Origin: Oikopleura dioica
Lineage: Eukaryota; Animalia; Chordata
Reading direction: 5' to 3'
Assembly (NCBI GenBank): GCA_907165135.1
Contig: OU015567.1
Coordinates: forward strand, 15,004,001-15,068,000
DNA length: 64,000 nt
Each line of letters opens with the position of its first letter. The first letter of the stretch is position 1. The position numbers and the translations under genes are program-made. Positions 11,048-22,202 of the stretch are shown here, piece by piece. A model generated the notes under the pieces. It made no database searches, had not been told where the DNA came from, and saw only the letters and a list, made by a program, of their open reading frames with translations.

Positions 11048-12968
11048 ATGGTTGAAGCAGTGGGAATAGAGAGAAGTGATACGAACATCACAACCAGATC
11101 AAGGCAGAGTGCAAGATCAGGAAGATCATCAAAGTTTTCTAAGGTTTGTTTCTTTGCCTCGCCAAATATTAATTGATTCCAGTACACAAAAGCTTCAGAA
11201 GCTGATGATAATGCTCCCAAAAGACCCCAGTGGGACTATGATACAGGATAGTTTCATAACCTTTTCTTCGTATTTTGAAACAAAGCACTTGGTTATCCTG
11301 ATTTGAAGACATAGAAGACGAAAAAAGCGACTCAGTAAATGAGTACGACAGCAGTTCAAGTGCTCGGCGGCTTTACCAAAATGCATGCAGAATGTACGGA
11401 ACAATTCCAGTGTCTTATTTCTTGAGGCACAATGAAGACGCAGAGTTAAAACTCGACTATCATCAAATTGGCCCTCTTGGAGCAAGAGCGATCGCTGTTG
11501 CTTTGACTTGTAATACGAAGATTCTCTCTTTCTCCGTCAGAGACAACGGAATCGGATCAGAAGGCGCTCTTGCAATGGCTGAAATGCTAACAGAAAACAA
11601 CTACATACAGTCTCTCGATCTTTCCGAAAATGACATCGGCAAACTCGGTTCAGATGCAATCTTCCTCATGCTCGATTCGAGCAGCTCGAAGAAAATACGA
11701 CTCTTGAAGACGTTATTCTAGAAAAGTGCTATTTAGGCAATGATGCTATCCAAGGAATGAGCAAGGCTCTTGCTGACAGCCAGAAACTCACGACGTTGAA
11801 TCTATCGGGAAACCAATTTAGTGACGGAAAGGCACTTGGTCAGGTCGTTGCTGAGAACGCCTCCTTGAAAAGCATAAACCTCAGGTTCGAGTTCGGATGA
11901 GTTATGTCGTCAATAACCTCATTCAGTTGGAATCAGTTCGTGAATCCGGCCATTTTGGATACTCTTGCTGAAAATGTCGCCCTCACAAGAATCGATCTAA
12001 GCTACAACGGACTCACCGATGCCGGCGTCAAGAGTCTAATCAACTTCCTTACCAAAAATAATGTCGTCGAACAGCTTGATCTTAGTTGTAACAGACTCGG
12101 TCCCAATTCTGCGATCGCAATTGCAGAGGGACTCAAGACAAACACTACTTTGAAGGAGCTCTCGTTGAAACGCAACCCTTGGTTGGCTCCGGGATGCTTG
12201 ATCATCGCAAAATCGATCGTCGCGAATCTGGAACTTGATTTGGAATTGCTCGATTTTTCAGGTGAACATAAACAAGCAATTAGTTTTCTTATTAATTTAA
12301 GATATCTCGGTGTGCAAAGAGTTCAACGAGCTGAATTTGAAAGAAGTCAGGCCAAACATGAAGGTAATCATTGGAGGAACTTTCGTCGAGCGAAAGAAGA
12401 AAAAGCCAAAGATGGACCCGATGACAATGCTCAAAACGTACATGGAGCAGCAGAATCTGAGGTAAAATCTAATAGAAAAATATGTCAAATAATTTGACGA
12501 AATAAAGGCTCGTCGATTTCTTCAACAAATTGGATACAGACGGAAGCATGAGCCTTAGTCGTGAGGAGTTCAAGGTGCAGTTCAATCGGTTATCCGTTGC
12601 TTTAGCGAGATTTTAGAGTGGAATCCAAATGGCAGGAATCCCGATGACTGAGAATGAGATTGAGCTTCTTCTCGACGTTCTTGATAAAGACGGTGACAAT
12701 GAGATTAACTACAGGTATTGCGCGTGGCGATTGAACAAAAACTAACAACTCATAAAATAGTTTCGCAAAAGAAAAACTCAAAATGACCATCTAACAACTC
12801 AACAATCGACTAACAAAAGTGTCCAACTAAAAATGACAGTCCCAGCTAAACAATTCTTCAACTATATTTTTCCACAGTGAGCTTATCATCGGATCGCTGG
12901 AGCATAAAGCCGCACAGAAAATTGCATCTGCCTTTGTGCGTCCTGATTCTGACGACAGTCTTGTATAA
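11048..12968 (+). CDS. LRRC74A: Leucine-rich-repeat plus EF-hand protein, LRRC74-like (carries a 14-nt frameshifting insertion)
   Basis: YDTDIE, CRMYGTIPVSYFLRH..HQIGPLGARAIAVAL, 28-aa ribonuclease-inhibitor-type LRRs, C-terminal EF-hands (DTDGSMSLSREE, DKDGDNEINYSE). GA-AG intron at 11247-11308. Paralog A vs B not resolvable. Confidence 0.8.
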
Positions 12969-13083
12969 ATACAAAATACACCAAACATGTAAATTCAAAT
13001 CGACATTCAAATTGTACATATTTTTCGAGTGAAAATACATGTCTCTCGTTTATATTTCAGTTTGAAGGTTTCAGTGTTGTTGA

Positions 13084-13523
13084 CAGGGCGGTCTAATTTG
13101 CATTCTTGTAAATAATCTCGAAAATTTGCGAGATTAATCTTCTTTGGAAAAAGATTCTGAGACTAGTCAAGACTGGACTAGTTTCGAGATTAATCTTTTT
13201 AGCGAGGGTCGCGTGGCTCGGGGGAAAAATTTGGGTGGCGCTGGCGAGCTGTGAGCAGTGCGAGGCGGCGCGGATAAAATTTCAAGCTGCGCTCCAAGCA
13301 TGTTTGAGTTTCATTTTTCTCTCGCGCCGTCGGCCATTGGTCCACCAATCACAGCGCGCGTTTCAAGATTATTTGAAATAATTTCGGAACTATTTCGAAA
13401 ATTTCCCGAATTAATCTTTTTTATTCAAACAGACTAATCTCGCGTCGAGATTAATCTTATAAGAATAAATAAATAGTCTTCGGAAAAAAGACTATTTACA
13501 AGAATGCAAATTAGACCGCCCTG
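13084..13523. mobile_element. hAT-type MITE (440 bp)
   Basis: Perfect 31-bp TIR CAGGGCGGTCTAATTTGCATTCTTGTAAATA; 8-bp TSD GTTGTTGA at 13076-13083 and 13524-13531. Confidence 0.95.
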
Positions 13524-13563
13524 GTTGTTGAACTGAAGAATGGTTTTCTTTTGGTCAAGTTTT

Positions 13564-14619
13564 TCAGAGCATCAGCTTCGGTTTTGCCCACTCGACGAAT
13601 TCGTCGATCAGAATCGGCCATGCGCCCTCTTCGTCGTAGTTCGACATGGACCTGTCGATTTGGATGGAGAAATCAAGGAGGAGGGACCAGGTGTCTTTTG
13701 TGATTGCTCGTTTGTGATTTTCCTGAAGCAAAATAATTGCAAAAAGCTCTCAGAGAAGATATGCTTACTCGAACAAATTGCAGCCAAAGATCAAGATGGG
13801 TGAAACGGTTTTTGAGGACTATTTCCCAGTACGCCAGTGCAATGTCGACCTCGAGTGACTTTTGCCCTTCGTTTTTGCCGTACTGGAAAGTGTAGAGATA
13901 GAAGTCTTTGTACAAGCGTGGATTGTCCAGTTCCTAAAAGAGTAAGAACGAGAAGTAAACGCCTCTTGTACCTGCTCTAGTTTGATCAGCACTTTTTTGA
14001 GTTTCTTGACATCGTCGACGCGTAAACTCTCCATGCCTTCGCAAAACTCTTTCTGTGAAAACTCACACTGCGTTGCCGCCCTTAGTCGCCAACAGAGAAC
14101 GAGGACTGTGATAGAACACTGAATTCGAGTTCTAAAACTTTGTTCCTTTCCTTCCACTTACAGGGTCTAGTTCAAGATCGTTGCAGAGTTTTTCGACGCC
14201 GTCGAGGCCAATTTTTGAGGGATCGCTTGGATCTGAAAAAATCATCGAGAACGAAGAAAGAATTCTTGACTACCTTTGTACTGGTCGTATAGTGCTTTGA
14301 TTTTCTTGTTGTCTGCACCTGATGAAGAAGATGACCTCGAGGATGATGAAGAACCCGGTTGATGATAGGCAGCTGGATTTGAGAAGTATTGATCTGAGAT
14401 TTCTCGTTGATTCAAATGTTATAATAAAACGGATGAACTTACCTAAGGCGAGTTCAAGCCGCCAGTTGTGTTTCGTTAGGCAGTAGATACATGTTTTCTC
14501 GTTTGCCTAAAATTCATGATTTAACTGCTCTACTGCTAATATCGAATAATTACTTGTGTGAAGCTCTGAAGTTGTCGCACAAGTTCTCTTTCGCGCGATC
14601 GCAATTTCTTGCCGTCCAT
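13564..14619 (-). CDS. DCUN1D1: DCN1-like NEDD8 E3 (UBA-like + PONY domain)
   Basis: [80 protein letters not shown] 14619 follows a CAG acceptor. DCUN1D1 vs 2 not resolvable. Confidence 0.92.
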
Positions 14620-14744
14620 TCTGCGAGTGAATATTTATTTTCGACCTTCGTATCATAATATATTTAGAATATATAATACAGAAAGATCAGAATCGGGAGA
14701 AGAATATTTACACGAAAGAATAGTAAAGTGGCAGTTAGTTGAGA

Positions 14745-17376
14745 TCAGTGACTGGCGTCAACTTCAGTCTTGACCGACGACTGGGTCGATTCTTGTTTCA
14801 CAAGTGTCTGATTCTGATGCTGCCCGACAATCTGCGAGTCTCTCGAGTCGCGAGTGATCTCTTGCTTGACGAGCACTTGGTGCTGCGTCGGAATCTGGCT
14901 GGGGCGAGAGCCGTGCTCTTGAGAAACCATCACTTGCTGTGCCTCACTTTTGATGTGCACTTGTTGCTGGTGCTGGTGCCGCATCATTTGCTGGCTTTTG
15001 CCGGCCATGGACGCGCCGTAAAGAGGAATCATCGTCTTTAGCATTTTGTTAAGTAAACCCACTTGCTCTTTAATGGACTCTCTGGCCTCGTCTTTCGGTG
15101 CGTTTTAATCAGAGCTCGAAAATTTATCAAATAAACACTCCTAGGATCAAGCCATTAGATGCAATTGCAAGTTGATGAAAAAGCATTCCTGACATGTCAC
15201 CATTGAGAATATCTTGATTAATCTTGCTCATCAACTCCGCCGCCTCTTGAAGGGTTTTGTCAATCAGTTCGGCTTTTTTGAACACTGGCGAGTTCATGTC
15301 AAACGCTTCGAGCCAGCTAGTGTCAATTCCAAGTTCTTTTAGCGTCTCAAGAGCTTTGCAATCGATTTTACAATCTTGGACTGGCATTTTGTTCATTCTC
15401 GTAGTTTCATGAAGACCTGAATTGTTATAAAAAAAACTACACGAGTTTGAATAAAAAGTTACCATGAGTAACTTTGTTGAGCACTTTTTCCGCCGCTTCT
15501 ATTCCAGGCTGTTCCATGTCTTTGACAAAGTACTGTATGCTCTGGACATAACTCAATTCCCTCTCTCCGCCGTAGATTTTCTTCAATCGAGAGAGTTCAT
15601 TCTTTTTCTCGTGTTCTTTTTCTTTTTCCGAAGCCATGTTAAAGAAGTCATTCAATCGGTTATCATAAGTCGGCTGGTAGTCGCCATACGGTCCGTATGT
15701 GTAGTAATCGACTGGATCTATTTCCGGCTCTGGCGAATCCATTTTCACGGGTATAATCGGCATCGTGACGCCGGACTCGCCAGATCCATCGTTTATCGTC
15801 GTAAATTCCATTTTACCGCCGTAAGCATTCGTTATGTATCCAAGACGAGCTTCGCCGGGATATTTCAAACATAGTCTTTCTCTTGCTTCGGCAGCCGCTC
15901 TAGTGACGCTCTTCAGAACATCAACTGCATCCATCGTGTCCGTATGTGAGCATTGATCGGGATTCTCAAGAACTGGTTCGGTTAACTCCATCGTGCCCGG
16001 TTTCAAGGGAGCCCAGTCAAGCTTTTTTGGACCGCGAGGAGAATGTGTGGCTCCTTTTTCAGGTATTCCGTCTTGCGTATCATTATCTGAATCTATTGAT
16101 GGCTCGTTCGACACCTCATTTTCAAGAACACGGGATTCTTCCAACACTTCATCAATTCCATCTGGGTCGACTCCATTTTTCTTCAAAAATTTCGCCGCTC
16201 GTTTGATCGTTACGATTCTCCGAACGTCTTTTTCGAGCTTCAACGCGAGCTGGTGAAAGGGTGTATCCGCCGTGTTGTATTTTGTGCAATTGTCCAGCAT
16301 CAGAATCATATCCTGTCGCAAGGAAATGACGGTTAGATACTCGAAGTTGTCGAGCTTCTGCTTTATTGTTGAGAAATCCATGGGATTGCGAATGATTGTC
16401 GAGTACCCAGGCGCGATTGCGTCGGTAACCGGCTCAGCAAAGATCCCATTTGGGTCAAGCTTTTCGAGCTCGCCAACGAATCTTGACAAGACGGCTTTGA
16501 AGGCATCAGCATAGGGCGAGTTCTTATCGAAATTACTTTCGACTTTCGGAACTTCTGCTCGTTCTGGTGGAGGCGAAATTTCAGCTTTTGAAATCGGCTC
16601 GTCCTCGAGAGATGAGACAGTTTCTGGGTCATCGTCAAATCTTTTCGCTTTTTTCTCCTTCTTGGACTTTTTGATCTTCTTCTCTTCGTCGCTAAATTTT
16701 ATTGAAAATTTCGACAGGACTGGAGCATTAGTTCGATCTGGCTCCGATCGATAGCTCACCCAGCTGCGCCAAAAATTGCCAAGTACCCCTATCAGCCAAT
16801 CACAAAACAGGCGCCCCGTTTAAAATGCCAACGGCGGGGGAATTTCGGTCATTCGAAAAGCGCGCGGGCATTAAATTTTACATTTAGGAATTTTGAGAAA
16901 AAAAAGAGATGATTACAGTTGCGTTGATATCCGCTATCGCTCTTATTTGCTGTATTGCTCTGTTTGTCATGAGAAGAGAAGGCCTCTACCGTAGAGGATG
17001 TATGTACGAAAGTTCGCAAAATCGGAGAAGAATCGACCGTCTCGATCATGTCGAAATCTGGATGGCCCCAATGGAAAAGTCTCATCGTTATGGCTTTTGA
17101 AACGATTACTTTTACTCAACTTCCTTTACTGTAATTTTTATCCGCTTCTGCTCATGGTGTAAATATCAAAAAACCCAATCTACCTTTGTCAACTTGTGCC
17201 ATCAAACCGCTCAATAAACAAACTCCAACTTACCTTCTCCGCTTCTTCTTCTTTTTCTTCTTATCTTTCCCGAGTTTTGAGTAGACATCGTTTTCAGTTT
17301 CTTTCTCGCTATTCAGGAAACCGGAGTCCAACTTGAATTTGAATTTTAACCGCGGACGGTCGTCATCATCAGCCAT
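14745..17376 (-). CDS. BRD9: Bromodomain protein, BRD7/BRD9 family
   Basis: Bromodomain LDPNGIFAEPVTDAIAPGYSTIIRNPMDFSTIK..DNCTKYN; DYYTYGPYGDYQPTYD resembles the BRD7/9 C-terminal region. First exon 17234-17376 joins in phase across a 542-nt intron (16692-17233). Confidence 0.85.
16909..17100 (+). CDS. Candidate 63-aa membrane microprotein nested antisense in the BRD7/9 intron
   Basis: ATG start, 20-residue hydrophobic N-terminus followed by RR; CCAAT/GC-rich segment upstream (16770-16870). No homology recognised. Confidence 0.4.
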   Translation: MITVALISAIALICCIALFVMRREGLYRRGCMYESSQNRRRIDRLDHVEIWMAPMEKSHRYGF

Positions 17377-17572
17377 TATTTTGATCTAAAGCAAAAATAA
17401 AGCAGGATATCGATTTCATTATCAGGCTTTATTGGGCGAGTTCGGCAAGTTACATGTAACAGTCGCCAAAGAAAGGTCGTTGAAGAAGAAAAGAACAGTG
17501 AAAAGATAGCTAGCGAAAAAGACAGATTTCCAGTTGTGAACTTTTGAACTAAGAAGTGGCGAACTTTCGAAG

Positions 17573-20500
17573 TTAGAATTCCATTTGCTCGGCGCTGGAC
17601 TCGGTGAGGCTGAACACGAGCTGCTCGGAAGATTTGCGCTCTTGCTCGAGAAATTGAGACAATTCGGGGAAATTTTGAATAAGGCGGATTGTGTCTTGGT
17701 AGGCTCGGGTGCTGAATAACACTTGAGTAACTTTCTTTTGTAAATCAAAGTTACCTGTTTGAATCGGCAAGAATATCGGCGGAGTTATTGCTTATTCGCG
17801 CCACAACACGTACTACAGCTCGTTTAAGCTCTTCGCTTCGCTCAGCCTCCTGCTTTACAGCGTCTTGCTAAAGTTTTGTTGTGACCCTAAAATCAGAAAC
17901 ACCAGAAAGCACCTTTACACGAAGATTGAGAATTTTCTTCGAATGCTCGCAAAACTTGACGACTCTGGTTGAGAGCGACGCGGGAGATTGATGAATAACT
18001 CGCAGTAAAATGAGATAGGCGAGGAGTTTCACATCGTAGTCGTCTTCGTAACCGTTTTCGACGTTGTCGAGCAAAATCGACATGTCTAACTCCTTGTGGC
18101 ACGAGTCCAGCAACGAGTACAAACATTCAAACGCAGCCTAAAACCCATATATGAGGCAAGAAAACCGAGAAAAAGACTGACCTTGCGGATTTCAAGACCG
18201 TCGTCTATTTTATGCTTGAATGGGCCCATCATCACTTCCCTGATCAAATCAGGTCGCACCTTCGTCTCTTTATAAAGCGACTCCAACACTTCTTTGGACA
18301 AATGCCGTTTCAGCGCTTCGGCGTTGTTGTGTGCTTCCGAGTTCATGAAGGCAATTGCACTTTTGATCACTGGAATCGTCGGATCTATCGAAAACAACAG
18401 TTACATTCTGACCTTTTTGTCACTCCAATTAACCTGAAAGAAGAGCGAGGAAGGCTTTGATATCGAGTTGTTGTAAGTGACAGACGTTTTTGGCAGTAGC
18501 AAGTTGAGTTTGGCGAATTCGGAAGTCTTCGCTCTTGCATTTTTCCTAGCAAAAATATAAAAATGCGGTCTTTATAGATACTAGAAGCACCTGTAAAATA
18601 TTACATAGGCTTGGTTCGACAGATACCAGCCGCCCAAGGCACTCAGCCAGTACATTTCTGGAGCCTTCTTCTGATGCACCAGAGTACTCCTGCAATCTAG
18701 CGAATAGGTCTTTGGCAAAGGGTAGTAGAGCATCATCTGACGCGTTTTTCGTTGCTTCGCGAATAGAAACAAGCGTGAGATAGCTAATTTGGGGTGAATC
18801 GCTTGATGATAGGGTGTCTAACAGCAGTGGAATGAGCTGAGCGAGATTTCCAGATGTGACGAGGCCGATTCCAATAGCAGCGGACATCTTCACGCTTTCG
18901 GAAGCTCGAGAAAACTGCTTTAGCTGGTGTTTAACAACTGTTTCGCCAAGAGGAACCTTGCTGCCTATTTCACCAAGAGCGAGGAGTGCAAACTGCTCGA
19001 CACTCTCAATCTTTGATGACTCGACATCGCTCATAAACTGCTCAACAACTGGCTGCACAGCTTTCTCGACAGAGTCCTGCGAGTTGAATGCCCAACTGTA
19101 AGTGAAGGCGGCGAGGCATTTGGCGGAGTTGGCGATCTCATTTCGGTTCGAAATCTTATTGCTACGTTGATGTTAGTGTCAAGTTCATTAGGAGTGCATG
19201 TCTACCTGTATATGGAGTCTGTAAGCTGTCGAACAGTGGGCTTATATCTCTTCGGATAGAACTTGGCAAGCTGAGAAAGATAGAGCTCCAAAGCGATGAG
19301 TGGCTTGCCCTGTAAAAGAGAGCTCTTTACAAGATCGAGGCATTTTTGAGTAATCTCTTCGTTTTCCCTCTCTTTAGCAGAGATGCAAGCCGAGGCCAGC
19401 TCTATCGCGAGTTGAGCAACATGCAGATCACTTTCAGTAATCAAAGCGGGCACTTCAAGCAATACTTGATCAACATTTCGGAAACCATTCGAAACAAGAC
19501 TCTTCAGAAATACAAGCGAAAGCGTCCTCAATTGCCGATTTGACTTTCGCAAAAAGGATGAAAGGGTGAGAATCTGCTCGCTCACGTATTTGAGAATGAA
19601 TGATGAAATGAGGCTGTTTTCAAGCGCTTGGCTGAGAGCTTTCAACGCTGACATGCGTGTCATTTCATTCGACATTCTTTCCGCTAGAAGTCTGATCGTT
19701 TTCTCAGTTGAGCTCGATGGGATTTGATTTTTGGACAGAAGGGCACCAGCACAGAGGATGGCAGAGTCTTTGACGTCTTGATCAATGTCCGTCAGTTCTA
19801 ATTTCTCGAGAGCAGCAGCAACAGTAGGCGAGTTCAGACAAGCGGCGTCTTTTTGAACCAAAAGAAGGAGGACACGAAGACCTTCAGCGGAAATTCGATA
19901 GAAAGAGTCTTGGATAGCGCTTTCCAGCGTCGGAACTATAAGAGCCGACGCTGCGGAGGCGATTTCAGGGCTGACTTGTTTCGCGTACTTTGCGAAGAAA
20001 GAGAGAACTTCGAGTCTGACTGATGGCGAGTTATCCTTCATCAACTTGCAGATGTTAGGAAGGAGTTGGACGCTCTCTTCGCAAATGTATTTTGGACAAT
20101 TTTCGACCATGAGAGATAAAGTAGACACGATTGATTTGGCGATTTTGTTCTTCGCGTTTAGCTTTCTGCTCATCTGCGTCGAGAACAAATAAGGGTCGGA
20201 GAAGAAGGAGTCAATTTTAGGCCCAGATAAAGTGACGAATGTGTTGAAGGCGTTGATGATTTCGATGAGGACTGATTCCTCTCGTTCTCGCATTCGCTGG
20301 AGAAGGAGCATCCCCGAGGCACTCATGATCAAATCCACGTTTGAAACGGAAGAGATCATCGCGTTCAATGCCTTGGCAGCGCTTCTGCGAACCTTCCAAG
20401 ACACATCTTCGTCGTCAGAGTAGTCTTCTTGGTCCTCGTCGTCTTCTTCTTCCTCCTCCTCGTCATCGTCGTCAAATTCCTCGCAGTAGTTCGGGTCGTG

Positions 20501-21403
20501 CTGGATCGCCTTCGTCAAGATCTCCATCAGCTGTTCAAGATTATTAATCGCGCCTGGTGCTTTTCTTAAAACCGCTTCGAGGGCAGCAAGGGCCGACTCT
20601 CGGAGCTCGTCATCGTCGTCTTCTGCAATTTTGAAAACGATGCCTATAATACTTTTCAGCTGTTGCGTCGAACGCGTCGTCGTAAGTGTTCCTAAAGCTT
20701 GTAGAACGGACTTAAGTAAATCTGGCTTCAGTCCACTGCCTCGCGCTAGAAGTTCGATAACGCGGGACAGGACGCTTTCTTGGAGCGCTGGACCGGACGT
20801 TTCGATTATCTTTGATAAACTGTTGATTGCTCGTTTTCTAACTGGCTGACGATCATGTCCGAGGTATTCTAGAGCAGCATTTGCAGCTGGCTCACCGAGA
20901 GCTTGAAGATGATGAGCTTGCTTGGCGATGAGAGTCGCTAGGACATCGAGAGCATCGGTAATCACTGCAACGTTGTTCCCTCGCTCGCAAAGGGTATTTA
21001 TTAAACTCGTGGCAACCTTTCGTCCGATTGGCGAGGAAGTAGAGAGCGATTGTACCGCCGATTTGAGTCCCAAAGAGGCAATCTCTCTGATCCGCTCGTC
21101 TTTTGAGCTGTTTGGAACTGTCGTCATTCGTGTCAGTTCCATGATGATCAGGTCCTGGGACTTTTCCTTGCATCGCTCGACCGCGCGCTGGACACACTTC
21201 ACAGCCAGATTTTGAACTTCGCCTGAGGAATCTTGGAGGACTTTGATAATCGCCGAAATCAGCTTTCTTTCGCTGTCATCGTCGAGTTTGAACGAGTCTT
21301 TTTGCAATTCGAGGAGGAGATCTGTAGTTGCCATGAAACGAATATCCCTGTCGGAATTCTGCATCTTTTCCAACAGGGTCGCGAACGTGTAATTGACCGT
21401 CAT
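17573..21403 (-). CDS. CAND1: Cullin-associated NEDD8-dissociated protein 1
   Basis: LLEKMQNSDRDIRFMATTDL..KLDDDSERK, DYSDDEDVSWKVRRSAAK, DIDQDVKDSAI..NEMTRMSALKA, GPFKHKIDDGLEIRK, ENGYEDDYDVKLL. Confidence 0.97.
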
Positions 21404-21564
21404 TTCGATTTACAAATGCTGAAAAGAAAGCTTTGAAAGAGATTCCCAGAAAGAGATCAGAAATCTGATAATATAATTATATATAATATCATAATTATGA
21501 TTTAATCCTTGGACAGATTTGAACAGAAGAGTTAACTCAATAAATATGTTCACTAGAAAGTTTC

Positions 21565-21948
21565 TTAATTTTCAACGACGTTCTTTGGCTTGTAGTCCTT
21601 CATGCCAGCTTCTGGTGGAACAACTCGCATGTGGTTGCAATCAGCAATAGCGTCATAAAAGGAAACCTAGATTAGAATAAATGTTTCCAGAAAATATGGG
21701 TCTGCTTTACTTTATCGTGGTTGTAATATTCGTGGCTGTTGTAAGCAGTTTCTGCGCTCTCGGGACCAATGTTGTTAGTCTTTGGGATGGTTCGTCCTTC
21801 CGGTCCATTCAAAAAGGAACCAGGCATGCCATTATTTGCAACGACTGATTTTGATGAAATATCAATAAGAAATGAATACAAGGAATGAATCAGTACCTCG
21901 AGTGACAGTGAAGTTTCTGGCGGCGCTTCGAGCTGCTCGGACCAACAT
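21565..21948 (-). CDS. NDUFV3: NADH:ubiquinone oxidoreductase flavoprotein 3 (10 kDa subunit)-like, 3 exons
   Basis: Spliced product MLVRAARSAARNFTVTRVV..AYNSHEYYNHDKVSFYDAIADCNHMRVVPPEAG..; Arg-rich presequence plus the Y..HEYY...SFYD.....R.P motif. Both introns are GT-AG. Confidence 0.75.
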
Positions 21949-22202
21949 TATTTTAAGTTTCTAAATTTATTCATAATAAGTTATTGCAAAGTCGAGTGTA
22001 TGATTTCTCATGGCAGAATTTTATTTTTGTTGCGCCGGCTTGGAAAAAATAAGTTGGCGAAAGAGAAACATTTATCATAAGGGCAATATTCATAAATGTC
22101 TTAACAGGGGGAATTATTCTATGATGCTTCATACAGGGAGCAGTTTGTTACTTCTCGAGCAAAATTGATCGCCAGTCAGTAAAAATGAAAGGATAGTAAA
22201 AT

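Noticed and set aside
15101-15200. GT-CG non-canonical intron in BRD7/9
   Set aside because: A canonical AG acceptor a few bases further on (GAAAG|AC GAG) restores the frame.
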